A stretch of DNA of 27,389 bases, taken from positions 1 through 27,389 of IMG/VR virus record IMGVR_UViG_3300048849_000185. One strand, given 5' to 3'. The translations under genes were made by a program, and so were the position numbers. The notes under the pieces are model-generated. The model worked only from the letters and a program-made list of their open reading frames with translations. It did not search any database and was not told the DNA's origin. The stretch is from a virus. Its lineage: Duplodnaviria > Caudoviricetes. Shown piece after piece: positions 17,106-26,080 of the stretch (the first letter of the stretch is position 1; each line of letters begins with the position of its first letter).

Positions 17106-17378
17106 CTACTCGCTGAGTTTAAACCACATCCGACCCGTGGTGGCATGCCCACATTCCGCGAGGTGCCCTTCCCTGCAGACCGGGATTCCACCAACACGAA
17201 ACCACGCGCTGGCCTCGATCATGAGCGGCGGCTTTGCATGGATTCCCGTTAGGTGCGGACGAACGACGTCGCCCAGAACGACAATCTCGTTGCCCTCGAC
17301 CTTGAACCAATTGATGGCGCCCGACATGTGTGGGGCGCCGGCTCGATCGATTGGACGGGCTGCAGCGCCAAAGCTCAT
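17106..17378 (-). CDS. PAAR-like spike tip protein
   Basis: LGDVVRPH....H, VGGIPVCREGHLAECGH with His/Cys metal ligands; directly after gpV. Confidence 0.85.
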   Translation of the reverse strand: MSFGAAARPIDRAGAPHMSGAINWFKVEGNEIVVLGDVVRPHLTGIHAKPPLMIEASAWFRVGGIPVCREGHLAECGHATTGRMWFKLSE

Positions 17379-17851
17379 GTCCTGATGGCCTCGAAATCCG
17401 GCGTGTAGAGTTTGATGCCGTCCGAAGACATTTCGAGACGCGTGTCGCCGACTGAGATGACAACCTTTCCGCCCGCGGGAATCTTGATGTTGTAGGCATG
17501 GGCCTTGTCGTCATAGTCGACGATCGCGCCATCGGCGTAGACGGACCGATGGTCCTTGGCGTCCTCGCCGACCTCCCGCTCTTCAGTCGGAATGCTGCCG
17601 ATGATGACGCCTTGCGATAGGTCGCCAGAAGGCGCGGCGATGACAACCTGTTCCCCGACATCAAGCGACTCGTAAGTCTTCGTGTTGCCGCTGCGCCTCT
17701 GCGACATGGGTATCCAGTCGCTCTCGATGAGCCCTGCCTTGACGCGGTAGCGCGCAAGTTTCGGTTCCACCTGAGACACGGTGCCAATCGTCACCATGCC
17801 GGCAACTCGACGGTTCAACTCAGTCAGTTCGGGGTCGCGCCTGGCGGTCAT
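17375..17851 (-). CDS. Baseplate spike gpV
   Basis: GTVSQV...RYRVK.G.IESDWIP, VGEQVVI..PSGDLSQGVI, YADGAIVDYD motifs. Confidence 0.93.
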   Translation of the reverse strand: MTARRDPELTELNRRVAGMVTIGTVSQVEPKLARYRVKAGLIESDWIPMSQRRSGNTKTYESLDVGEQVVIAAPSGDLSQGVIIGSIPTEEREVGEDAKDHRSVYADGAIVDYDDKAHAYNIKIPAGGKVVISVGDTRLEMSSDGIKLYTPDFEAIRT

Positions 17852-18450
17852 GGCAGGTCCCCCACATCCGGCGCGTTAAACACCTCGTAGTAATCCGGCT
17901 CGTTCCCCGGTCCGGTATCCGGGTCGAAGCCAAGCATGATCTGCGTCGGCGTGGTGCCCTCTGCCTCTCGCATGTGAGTGACGTAGACGACCTCGAAAGC
18001 CATGCCGGCCACCCATAGGGCCGTTTCCTCGGCGTCTCCGGCCACCTGAATGCTCGTCTCTTTCAGGGTGCACCGCTCGACAAGGCCGCCAAAGGTTGGG
18101 TCGGCATAAACGAGGTTCTCGACCGTCCACGCGATTTCATCCACGCGCAGTGCGCCAAGGTCCATCTCTCCGGGGTCGCCCTCGCGAGACAGGCCGGTTT
18201 CGTAGATCTGCACCGCCAGGTCCATCGTCCGGCGGCGGATACCGCCGTCCATGGCTTCAACCGGGTCGAGCGTCTCGCTCAGGGTGTAGATGAGGATGGC
18301 CGGCGTGGCCGACTCCGCATCGAGAGGCAGGTCGCGGCTATTGTAGACACGGCGCTTTGCGGCGGTCGGGAAGACAGGCGCCGGACTGTCAGTGGGCGTC
18401 GACAGCAGCGCCGCGAACCGGTCGCGAATGATCTCTCGGGGGTGGCGCAT
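17848..18450 (-). CDS. Tail terminator/completion-like protein (200 aa)
   Basis: MRHPREIIRD...RVYNSR..P......PAILIYT..E pattern; TGATG-coupled start at 18450; lies between the head-joining gene and gpV. Confidence 0.7.
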   Translation of the reverse strand: MRHPREIIRDRFAALLSTPTDSPAPVFPTAAKRRVYNSRDLPLDAESATPAILIYTLSETLDPVEAMDGGIRRRTMDLAVQIYETGLSREGDPGEMDLGALRVDEIAWTVENLVYADPTFGGLVERCTLKETSIQVAGDAEETALWVAGMAFEVVYVTHMREAEGTTPTQIMLGFDPDTGPGNEPDYYEVFNAPDVGDLP

Positions 18451-18767
18451 CAGATTTTCCGGAGCTGCAGCTTGACCATTCCTGACGACGAAGGCCATGG
18501 CGCCGAGACGAGGTAGCGCCTGCCCTGCACGGTGACCCTATCGCCCTGCATCGGATCAACACCGATGTCATCGACACGAACCTCGAGCATCGGCACCTTC
18601 GACAGCGTCGGCATCGTGCCCCCGGCGGCGACTTCCTTGAAGTCCGGATCAAAGATGCCGATGATTTCAATCGTCTCCCCGGTGGCTTCGATCCAATACG
18701 AAACGGGCTCCCCGAAGGTATCCCGCACGATCGCGGTCATACCGTCGAGAAGCCCGTTCCAGTCCAT
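18450..18767 (-). CDS. Head-tail joining protein (lambda gpFII-like, 105 aa)
   Basis: Start ATG 18767 (MDWNGLLD..TFGEPVSY...GIFD...P.QGDRVTVQGRRYLV); directly after the capsid gene. Confidence 0.78.
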   Translation of the reverse strand: MDWNGLLDGMTAIVRDTFGEPVSYWIEATGETIEIIGIFDPDFKEVAAGGTMPTLSKVPMLEVRVDDIGVDPMQGDRVTVQGRRYLVSAPWPSSSGMVKLQLRKI

Positions 18768-18784
18768 CGGATGCAGCCTTGCGG

Positions 18785-19867
18785 TTAGGCGGCGCGCGCC
18801 GTGTAGAGGATCTCGGGGCGGCTGCAGATGTACAGCGGGTAGCTGTAGACCTCGGGCCGGACCCAGAAATTGCGCTTCTCGTCGCGGATCATCAGCGAGT
18901 AGAGCGGCTTGCCGATGGTGTTGACGTAGTCCCAGGCCTCGCCCGGCGCGAACGCCTTCTGGAAAATGCCGCGCGAGTTCATCGGGAAAAACTTGCACTT
19001 GGTCGACGGCACGCCGAGCATAGCCGTTCCGACCGCCGTTCCTGCCAAAGCCGCCGCGTCATCAAAGTCGTCGGTGCCGCGATAGTTGATGAACAGGATG
19101 CCGCCGTATTCGAAGGTGGCATAGCTGCCGGCGCCGAGGGCGGACTGCGTCGCGACCCCGAAGGAGCGGTTGAGCGCCTGCGCCTGCTGCATGTTGAGAT
19201 AGGTCTCGCGGACCGTCTTGTGCTTGGTCAGCTTGTCGAAGAAGACGTCGCCGCAAAGGCCCACAATGCGGAAGCCTGCGGTGAGAGCGCCCTTCGAGCC
19301 CTTGATCATCTTCCGGATGACCGATCGGCAAAGGCTCTCAATGTCCGTCGTGGCAGTATCAAGCGCGAAATCGATCTCGGCAGGCTTGGCGATCCCAAAC
19401 TCCGAAAACCAGTCGATGATAACCGAGCCGTCCGCGTCCAGCACCACGCCCTGCACTGCGCCGAGCATCATGTTTTCCCACGTCGCCTCGACGTCCGTGA
19501 CGAGACGCTGCTCGTACCGGCCGACGTAGCCGATCATCGTCTCGACCTCGGACTCGGTACCCATGGCACGAATGTTCTGGATCTCGGAGGCCTGCATCGT
19601 CATGCCCTTGGCAATACGGCTGGTCTCGTAGCTGCGCAGGTTGCGCCGGTCGCGAACGCCTTCATTGATGGGCGCGCCGCGCGGCGTGGTCGGGATAAGC
19701 GCAAGGTGATTGCCCTGCCGCTCTACCGACACATGCGTGGTGGCAATCGGGACATCCTCGAAAAGGTTCATCGACCCGATGAGGTCCGGCTTGAAGTCGA
19801 AGTCTTCCAGCGCGGTCGTCATGCTGACCGCGGAGAAGGCATCGTCGTTGAAGATGTCCATATGCAT
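18785..19867 (-). CDS. Major capsid protein (lambda gpE family)
   Basis: DIFNDDAFSAVSMTTAL, LIPTTPRGAP, IQNIRAMG, ATWENMMLGAVQG..LDADG, AFAP...VNTIG.PLY motifs. Confidence 0.95.
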   Translation of the reverse strand: MHMDIFNDDAFSAVSMTTALEDFDFKPDLIGSMNLFEDVPIATTHVSVERQGNHLALIPTTPRGAPINEGVRDRRNLRSYETSRIAKGMTMQASEIQNIRAMGTESEVETMIGYVGRYEQRLVTDVEATWENMMLGAVQGVVLDADGSVIIDWFSEFGIAKPAEIDFALDTATTDIESLCRSVIRKMIKGSKGALTAGFRIVGLCGDVFFDKLTKHKTVRETYLNMQQAQALNRSFGVATQSALGAGSYATFEYGGILFINYRGTDDFDDAAALAGTAVGTAMLGVPSTKCKFFPMNSRGIFQKAFAPGEAWDYVNTIGKPLYSLMIRDEKRNFWVRPEVYSYPLYICSRPEILYTARAA

Positions 19868-19891
19868 GGTGGTAGGTCCCCTGGCGCCGCG

Positions 19892-20245
19892 TCAGTAGCG
19901 AACGATGATGCCGACCGCCGCGAGCGCAGCGATTGCAGTAGCCTTGGCAGGCGCGCCGATGCCGGCAGGCCAGACGAGTTCGTAGCCGTTCGCTTCCATG
20001 TCGCGGACGGAGGCGACACCGCGCTTGTCGGTGCTGGTGTCGTAATTGTCGTAGGCGATGGCGACAGCGCCGGTGCCATCGGTGCCGATTGGTACATACT
20101 TGCCGCCCGACACCTTGCAGACGGTGCCGGCGACAATCGCCCCAGCCGCCGCGAAAATGACGGTCTCGCGCGACCGCGAAGAGTCGGCGGCCTCGCTGCG
20201 GATGTACGCGCCAGTGCGACGACGTTCGTTCAAAACCTGCGACAT
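19892..20245 (-). CDS. Head decoration protein (gpD-like)
   Basis: YIRSEA...RSRETV, DGTGAVAIAY, L.WP....AIAALAAVGIIVR pattern; lies between protease and capsid. Confidence 0.9.
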   Translation of the reverse strand: MSQVLNERRRTGAYIRSEAADSSRSRETVIFAAAGAIVAGTVCKVSGGKYVPIGTDGTGAVAIAYDNYDTSTDKRGVASVRDMEANGYELVWPAGIGAPAKATAIAALAAVGIIVRY

Positions 20246-20267
20246 GCGCCCGTCCCTCAGTTGCCGC

Positions 20268-20717
20268 TCAGCGGCGCTTCATTGCCTTCTTCCAAGCCGA
20301 GGCGGTGCCCTCGGCCGAAGAGCCGCCGCCGGACTTGCCCGCCGGAGCGACATGGGTGGTGGTCTCGGCGGCGTCCTTTTCCGACGCCGCCTTCATGACC
20401 GCCGACCGCGCGGCATCGGGGCTCGTGCCCTTTTCGATGGCGGCGCCGACGTCGAACTTCACGCCCATGCGGGTTGCCTGGACGCCGATGGCGCTGAGAT
20501 CGGCGCAACGCTTGCGCTCGGCGGAACTGGCGACGGCGGCAGCATCGGGCTCGTCGGCCTTTTCTCTGGCAGGCGTCGGCCTGCCCTCGTCGGCTTCGTC
20601 GTCCTTGCCTTCGTCCTTCTCGGCCTTGCCGCCCTTCGGCGCGTCCTTGTCGACCTCGTCCTCGGTCTGCGCCTCGGTGGCGCCCGGCTTCGGGGCGGTT
20701 GCGGAACGTCCGGCCAT
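20268..20717 (-). CDS. Putative nested in-frame scaffolding protein (lambda Nu3-like, 149 aa)
   Basis: AGGAG-7 nt-ATG at 20717, in frame, just after the protease domain; charged low-complexity then helical sequence. Confidence 0.6.
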   Translation of the reverse strand: MAGRSATAPKPGATEAQTEDEVDKDAPKGGKAEKDEGKDDEADEGRPTPAREKADEPDAAAVASSAERKRCADLSAIGVQATRMGVKFDVGAAIEKGTSPDAARSAVMKAASEKDAAETTTHVAPAGKSGGGSSAEGTASAWKKAMKRR

Positions 20718-21662
20718 AAGGCTTCTCCTGACAGTCGACGAACTGGCATTAACGCCGGTCGACGATTGCAATTCGTCAATGCTTGCCGCAAAGGCTTCCA
20801 TCGCGTCGTCGAAGGTGCCGACATCATCGGCAAGTCCTGAATCGACGGCGCGACGCCCCCGGTAGATGTCAGCGTTGGTAGCACGGATTTTTTCGACGGT
20901 GATTCCACGATTCCGCGCTACGAGGTCGACGAACATTCCGTAGAGGTCTTCAACGTCGCGCTGGATCTCGGTAGCGGCGCGGTCCGTCAGCGGCTCATGT
21001 GAATTGCCGTCAACCTTGTGGTCGCCCGAGAATATGTACGTCCACTTCACGCCAAGTTTGGCGTCGTAGGCACTCTGATCGATATGGGCGCCGACGACTC
21101 CGATCGACCCTACTTCGCCGGTGGTTGGCACCCAAATTCGAGATGCTGCGGACGCCAGGGCGTAGCCGGCCGAGGCCGCCAGTTCGTTGGCGTGCGCCCA
21201 CACAGGTTTGCCGGTTGACTCGCTCGCGGTCCGAATGAAGTCCGTCAGATCGAAGACCCCGCCGGCCTCACCGCCGGGCGTGTCCATCTCGAGCATAAGT
21301 CCGCGAACCTCAGGGCTCGACATGATGTCGGTCACACCTTCCATCATCGCGCCGTAACTGGTCATGCCAGAAGCGGAGTCCAGCCAGGAGCCCCGGCGGA
21401 TGAGCGTCCCGTAGATCGGCAACACGGCAATGCCATCATCGGCCAGGTAGCCGCCGGCAGCGAACGACCTGCGAGCACCGACGAATGCCGAGCGCTCACG
21501 ACGTTCGTTGCGCAGACTCTCAACCTCGGCAGTCTTCTCGACCTCAAGCCCGTTCAGCAGACGCGGACCAATGGCGGACAGGATCGTGTCGAGCTTGCCC
21601 CGGTGCAACAAGAGAGGCGTGCCGAAAACGCGGGACGCGATGTGCGGGAGATCAATCGGCAT
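20268..21662 (-). CDS. S49-family capsid maturation protease (lambda gpC-like) with C-terminal scaffold region
   Basis: GAGG RBS before ATG 21662 (MPIDLPHIASRVFGTPLL); DTPGGE, AASAGY, GSIGV, G.HK.DGN..EPL motifs. Confidence 0.93.
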   Translation of the reverse strand: MPIDLPHIASRVFGTPLLLHRGKLDTILSAIGPRLLNGLEVEKTAEVESLRNERRERSAFVGARRSFAAGGYLADDGIAVLPIYGTLIRRGSWLDSASGMTSYGAMMEGVTDIMSSPEVRGLMLEMDTPGGEAGGVFDLTDFIRTASESTGKPVWAHANELAASAGYALASAASRIWVPTTGEVGSIGVVGAHIDQSAYDAKLGVKWTYIFSGDHKVDGNSHEPLTDRAATEIQRDVEDLYGMFVDLVARNRGITVEKIRATNADIYRGRRAVDSGLADDVGTFDDAMEAFAASIDELQSSTGVNASSSTVRRSLMAGRSATAPKPGATEAQTEDEVDKDAPKGGKAEKDEGKDDEADEGRPTPAREKADEPDAAAVASSAERKRCADLSAIGVQATRMGVKFDVGAAIEKGTSPDAARSAVMKAASEKDAAETTTHVAPAGKSGGGSSAEGTASAWKKAMKRR

Positions 21663-23232
21663 CGGCTTCCTCAGTCGTCTTGGCCGGAGCCTCGTCGTCT
21701 TCCTCGTCGTCGGCTTCCGAGGCCGGCACGGCAGTGGGCACCATCGAGCCGTTTGCTGAAACGGCGCCGGCATCCGTATCGAAGACGAGGTCGTCGACAT
21801 TTTGCCCGCGCTCGTCGGCGAACTCGGCGTCGACGTCCTCGCGGTCATAGCCGCGCTCGGCGACGACCTGCGTTCGCGTCTTGAATCCGGCCCGGACGGC
21901 CTCGCGCTCAGCCTTCACGTCCTTGGCCGGATCAATCCACTCCATCCGCGGCGGCAACCAATCGACGGCCCAATACGGCGTCGGATTGACGGCATAGTCG
22001 TCGATGTCAACGAAGCCTCCCATGACCGCCAGGTCAACGAACCGCTTCCACACGGGGCGGCACGCCTGGAAGATCATGACGTTGTTCTGCCACTGAGACA
22101 CGCGGCGGCGGAACCGGATGATGTCGGTCCGGACGTTCGAGAAGTTGCCCTTGGCTACATCGCCGGTAACGTAGGCGTACGGTACGCCGAGCCCGGCGCA
22201 GATCTGCGTCAGGTTGCGATACTGGAACGCCTCGTAGCTGCCACCGACCTCAGTCGGCGACGAGAACTTGATGTCCTTGTCGTCGCCAAGGTCGACCATC
22301 GCGCCGGGCTGCATCGGCGCAATCGGCTCAGGCTCAAGCTCGACGCCGTCGCTGTCAACATTCACCGGACCGAGCGGGTTCTCGCCGCGGCCGATAAGGA
22401 ACGCGGTGAACAGGGCGGCCGAGCGCTTCCGCTCAAGCTCGGCATCATCGTAGCTCTCAAGAACGAACAGCTTAACCAGCACGCGCGCGACGCGCGGCAC
22501 GCCTCGGATCTGACCGCCCTGGCGCCCGTCATAGACGTGCATGACGTCGACCGCAGGCACGCGCACGCGGTCGCGCAGCGCCGAGCCGTTCAACGGGCGA
22601 TCGTCGCCGGGGTGATTCCGCCAGAAATGGTAGGCAGCGCGGCGGCCGATGGCGTCAAACTCGATGCCGGCGCGGATGTAGCTGCCGTTGACCAGAACCG
22701 CGTTGAATGTCGGGTCGAGCATTTCCGATGGAAGGAACTGCAGTTGGAACGGCACCGTCATCATGTCGCCGGGACGGCGCGCGCGAATGCGGACGAAGCC
22801 CTCGCCGGCTAGATAGACCTCGCGGGCAATCTTCTCCTGCAGGCCGTAGAAGTCCGTCACGCCATCGGCGTCGGCCTCCTCAGTCCAGCGCCAGAAGAGA
22901 TCAATCAGCGCAGAGCGCAGCGCCTTGTTCTTGATCTTTGGCCGAGGCTTGATGCCGTCGCCGATAGCCGCCGAAGTGAACTCGTCGACCGCGTTACCGG
23001 CGTAGCCGTTGTTCTCGTAGAGCCAGCGCGCGCGGGCGACGAGAGTCGAGCCAGACCGCTGCAGTGCTGCGTTGACGTGGTTGCGCGATGGATTGAACCC
23101 GCGAAGGCGACGGCCCTGCCCAGCCGCCTCGAAGGACGACGCGCCGTTGCCTGGCGCCTTGAACGGATCGCCCATTGCGCCGGCCGTCCGGCTCGAACCG
23201 GCGGGAACGCGGAAACGGGGCTTCTCGACCAT
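21652..23232 (-). CDS. Portal protein, lambda family
   Basis: ARARWLYENNGYA, GIEFDAIGRRAAYH, GQIRGVP, TGD...NFSNVR, WIDPAKDVKA motifs. Confidence 0.96.
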   Translation of the reverse strand: MVEKPRFRVPAGSSRTAGAMGDPFKAPGNGASSFEAAGQGRRLRGFNPSRNHVNAALQRSGSTLVARARWLYENNGYAGNAVDEFTSAAIGDGIKPRPKIKNKALRSALIDLFWRWTEEADADGVTDFYGLQEKIAREVYLAGEGFVRIRARRPGDMMTVPFQLQFLPSEMLDPTFNAVLVNGSYIRAGIEFDAIGRRAAYHFWRNHPGDDRPLNGSALRDRVRVPAVDVMHVYDGRQGGQIRGVPRVARVLVKLFVLESYDDAELERKRSAALFTAFLIGRGENPLGPVNVDSDGVELEPEPIAPMQPGAMVDLGDDKDIKFSSPTEVGGSYEAFQYRNLTQICAGLGVPYAYVTGDVAKGNFSNVRTDIIRFRRRVSQWQNNVMIFQACRPVWKRFVDLAVMGGFVDIDDYAVNPTPYWAVDWLPPRMEWIDPAKDVKAEREAVRAGFKTRTQVVAERGYDREDVDAEFADERGQNVDDLVFDTDAGAVSANGSMVPTAVPASEADDEEDDEAPAKTTEEADAD

Positions 23233-23447
23233 CAGAGCCCCCGATTGTTGGAAAGGTAGAAGACGCGGCTGCGGCGAGTGCCGGCGGCAACCTCGATCTC
23301 GGCGTCAATGTCTGCCAGTGCCGCGCGCAGTTCGTTCATGCTGCGGTAGCGGACGCTTTTGTCGCCGTGCTCGACCGACAGGACACCCGAGCGCATGGCC
23401 TTTTTCAGTGCCGCGCGCTGTGCCTCAAGTTCGGTCGTGTCGGCCAT
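23232..23447 (-). CDS. Head-tail joining protein gpW-like
   Basis: ALKKAMRSGVLSVEHGDKSVRYRSMNELRAAL; AAGGAG RBS before ATG 23447; lies between TerL and portal. Confidence 0.9.
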   Translation of the reverse strand: MADTTELEAQRAALKKAMRSGVLSVEHGDKSVRYRSMNELRAALADIDAEIEVAAGTRRSRVFYLSNNRGL

Positions 23448-23462
23448 CCCCACTCCTTTGGC

Positions 23463-25457
23463 CTAGTCCATGAACGGGGACGCGGTGACGCGGCGCCGCG
23501 GGCGAGGCTTTGCCTTCGGCTGTTTAGCATCCTCGCGGGATGCGGGGATTCCACGATTCCGCGCAACCTCGACAGCATTGACATCAATGACCGTCTCGGT
23601 GCCGTCCGGCACCTCTGCTGCCGCTCGCGCCTGGACCATGCTTGCCACCCTCGCCGCCTCCATATTGAGATTGAGCCCCATGACGATCAGGCCCTGCAGA
23701 ACGGAATAGGCGTAGACGCGGCAGTCGAGGCGCTCGTTTCTGGCGTCATCCGGCTTCCACCATTCGACGATCGGGAAGCCCTTCGCGTAGCGCGTCCGCT
23801 TCCGCTCGACGGTCAGCTGGTCGAATGCGTCCTTGTCCCAAACGTCCTCGGAGAAATGGCAGGCGCCGGCACCCGACGCATCGGGACCAACCTTCGACAA
23901 GCGCGCGATGACGACTTCCTTCGCGCTATCGACGCCGATGGGATAGAGATTGATCTTGCCCTTGTTGTTCCGCGACGGCTTGCGCGGCCATACCGCGCGC
24001 CGGCCCGCATAGCCCTTGATGCCCCATATGCGGCGGCCTTCGCGCGGGCGGATGAACCGATATGCCGCCTGAGTGTTCGCGCCGCCGGTGTCGATCGCCA
24101 CGGCGGTGATGGGCATGCCGTTCTCAAACCCCGGATGCGGCCACCGCTTTGACAGGTAATCGTCGAGGGCATCCCACACCTCGAGGTCGTTCGGGTCGCC
24201 AGGGAATATCTGGTAGTCGACCGACCACGACTCTTCGTCTTTCCCCCAGGCCACCACCTCTGCCTCAAGTCGGTCGGGCTGAACGTCGACACCGGCGGTG
24301 AGTAACGCGGCGCGCGCAGGCACATCGGCGTAGGTTTCCCGCAACGCCATCAGCGAGCCGGGGTCAATCCGCTCGCCGCCGATATCCTCCCATTCCTCGC
24401 CGAGGATGTTGTTGACGAACGGCTGCAGCCGGGACGGATCATCCTTGGCGCCGATGAACCGGAAGGCGCACTCCCCCCAAGTGTACCAAGGCGAGTAGAG
24501 CGCGCTGAGGTGATAGCTCCGCATCCGTGGCCGCGTCGATGTCGCGGTCGGCGTCCAGACGCCGCCAGCCAGTAAGGCGGTTTTGCGGTGTTCCGGATGA
24601 CGGTGTTCGCACAGCTCGCCGGTCTCGGGGTCGTGCGAGGCGCAAACAAACGCTGCCGTCTCAGGCTTGCCGGCCTCCCACTTGATGCGATCCCAGGTGA
24701 TAGGCTGCCGAGCGCCGCACCCCTCGCAGGCCACCATGTACCGGCGCTGATCGCCTTCGCGGTAGGCCTTGCCGATGCGGCTCGTCTCTTTCAGCGTCGG
24801 CGTCGACAGCTTGAAGATTTTCTTCCGGCCTTTGAACGTCGATGTTCGGTCGGTCGCCAGCGTAACCGGGTCGCCATCGTCATCGGCGCTGACCGGGTAG
24901 CCGTCGACCTCATCGAGAACGAGCTTGCCGACTGGCAGGCCGCGCAGCCCGGAACCGGAATTCGCGCCGGTCAGGATTAGGACGCCGCCTTCAAAGCCTT
25001 TCTGCAGGACGGTGTTGTCGCTGTCCCGCGCACGGGCTGGCTTCACGCGCTCGCGCAAAGCCGGACACGCCTCAATCATCGGATCGATGCGCGTCTTAGA
25101 AAACTTCTTCATCATCCCTTCGGTCGGCATGACGTACATCATGGGACCGGGGTTGTGATGGATGGCATAGCCGACGAAATTGAACGCCGCCTCCGACATG
25201 CCGACCTGCACGCCCTTCATCACAGCCACCTCTTCGACGGGCGAATACGCCGAGAGGCAATCCATGATCTCGCGGAGGTATGGCGTCCGGCTTGTGCGCC
25301 ATTTTCCCGGCTCGGCCGAGGAGACCGAAGCCAGTTCACGGTGTTCGTCTGCCCATTCTGAAACCATCAGCGGCGGGTCAGGCAGGAACGATCCCTCGAG
25401 GCAATCGATCATAAGCCCGATGGATGGGTCCGGCGTCGGGACGACGTGCGCGTTCAC
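23463..25457 (-). CDS. terL: Terminase large subunit, GpA family
   Basis: SEWAD, RTPYLREIMD, Walker A-like KGVQVGMSE, LDEVDGYP, STPT, CxxC zinc motifs, AGVDVQ, AIDTGG, RNERLDCRVYA motifs. Confidence 0.97.
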   Translation of the reverse strand: MNAHVVPTPDPSIGLMIDCLEGSFLPDPPLMVSEWADEHRELASVSSAEPGKWRTSRTPYLREIMDCLSAYSPVEEVAVMKGVQVGMSEAAFNFVGYAIHHNPGPMMYVMPTEGMMKKFSKTRIDPMIEACPALRERVKPARARDSDNTVLQKGFEGGVLILTGANSGSGLRGLPVGKLVLDEVDGYPVSADDDGDPVTLATDRTSTFKGRKKIFKLSTPTLKETSRIGKAYREGDQRRYMVACEGCGARQPITWDRIKWEAGKPETAAFVCASHDPETGELCEHRHPEHRKTALLAGGVWTPTATSTRPRMRSYHLSALYSPWYTWGECAFRFIGAKDDPSRLQPFVNNILGEEWEDIGGERIDPGSLMALRETYADVPARAALLTAGVDVQPDRLEAEVVAWGKDEESWSVDYQIFPGDPNDLEVWDALDDYLSKRWPHPGFENGMPITAVAIDTGGANTQAAYRFIRPREGRRIWGIKGYAGRRAVWPRKPSRNNKGKINLYPIGVDSAKEVVIARLSKVGPDASGAGACHFSEDVWDKDAFDQLTVERKRTRYAKGFPIVEWWKPDDARNERLDCRVYAYSVLQGLIVMGLNLNMEAARVASMVQARAAAEVPDGTETVIDVNAVEVARNRGIPASREDAKQPKAKPRPRRRVTASPFMD

Positions 25458-26017
25458 GCGCCGTCCTCGACCGGAGCGACCACCTCGGCCACCTTGGGGA
25501 ATGGGCGGCGGTTGCCCGATGCTTCATGGAGAGCGCTGCGCATGTGCGCCGAAAGTGCTGCGATCAGCGGCCCTTCCTCGCATCCTATCTCGGCTGCAAT
25601 TGCCGGCCCATGCCGCACGGCGAACTGCAGGCAGATGTCTCGGTATAGGCGCATGAACCCAGCGAGCGCTTTGCGAGCCGCGGCATAGGGAATCGACGAC
25701 CGTTTCTGATCCGCCAGGTCGAGGCGGGCTCTCTCGAGCTCCACCTCGAGCTTGTCGAATTTGACGTCGTTGATCCCACGCGCGCGGTCGGCATCACCGG
25801 CTAGCTTCGACCGCGGTGCCGGTGACTTCTGCCGCGACGTGTTCGTCGTCTTGAGCCAAAGGACGCGAGCGGCAACCTCGTCGAGGCTGCCATCGCTGAA
25901 GACAGCATCGGCGAGCCGACCGTTCTGCACCGCTTGGCGAATGGCCGCCTCATTGACGCCGACCGACTTGGCGAAGGCGCGCACGCTCATCCCCTGCCGT
26001 ATCAAAGCCGCTCCCAT
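25454..26017 (-). CDS. terS: Terminase small subunit (Nu1-like)
   Basis: N-terminal HTH (MSVRAFAKSVGVNEAAIRQAVQNGRL...DGSLD) then a coiled coil; GTGA overlap with terL; GAGG RBS. Confidence 0.82.
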   Translation of the reverse strand: MGAALIRQGMSVRAFAKSVGVNEAAIRQAVQNGRLADAVFSDGSLDEVAARVLWLKTTNTSRQKSPAPRSKLAGDADRARGINDVKFDKLEVELERARLDLADQKRSSIPYAAARKALAGFMRLYRDICLQFAVRHGPAIAAEIGCEEGPLIAALSAHMRSALHEASGNRRPFPKVAEVVAPVEDGA

Positions 26018-26062
26018 TGATCTTTTCCTCTATGCGCCGCGCATATCGCTGTGTTACGCCTA

Positions 26063-26080
26063 CGTTTGCAAAATGTCATC
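26063..26080 (-). promoter_or_regulatory. Putative late-promoter/activator motif, copy upstream of terS, in a divergent intergenic region
   Basis: GATGAC-ATTTT-GCAAACG on the minus strand, about 48 nt before the terS ATG. Confidence 0.5.

Noticed and set aside
3625-17851. Tailocin, eCIS or T6SS interpretation of the sheath/tube/PAAR cluster
   Set aside because: A complete head and packaging module is contiguous with it, so it is a phage tail.
18779-20398. Long plus-strand ORFs antisense to structural genes (18779..20398, 4006..5010, 13984..15276, 21802..22812, 23175..24152) and minus-strand 26060..27079
   Set aside because: Shadow ORFs expected from high-GC codon bias; no recognisable motifs, and they overlap well-supported genes.
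10243-21848. Extended starts in the ORF track (10992, 16070, 18498, 18998, 21848; also 3589 and 26051)
   Set aside because: Most overlap upstream genes extensively; downstream starts have an RBS or stop-start coupling and match family N-termini.
2026-26017. Genome-wide TAG reassignment (genetic code 15) as an explanation for the lysin amber codon
   Set aside because: Many conserved genes end in TAG at their expected C-termini, some abutting or overlapping the next start (gpU/gpX, gpE'/tape measure), and no other gene has an internal TAG.
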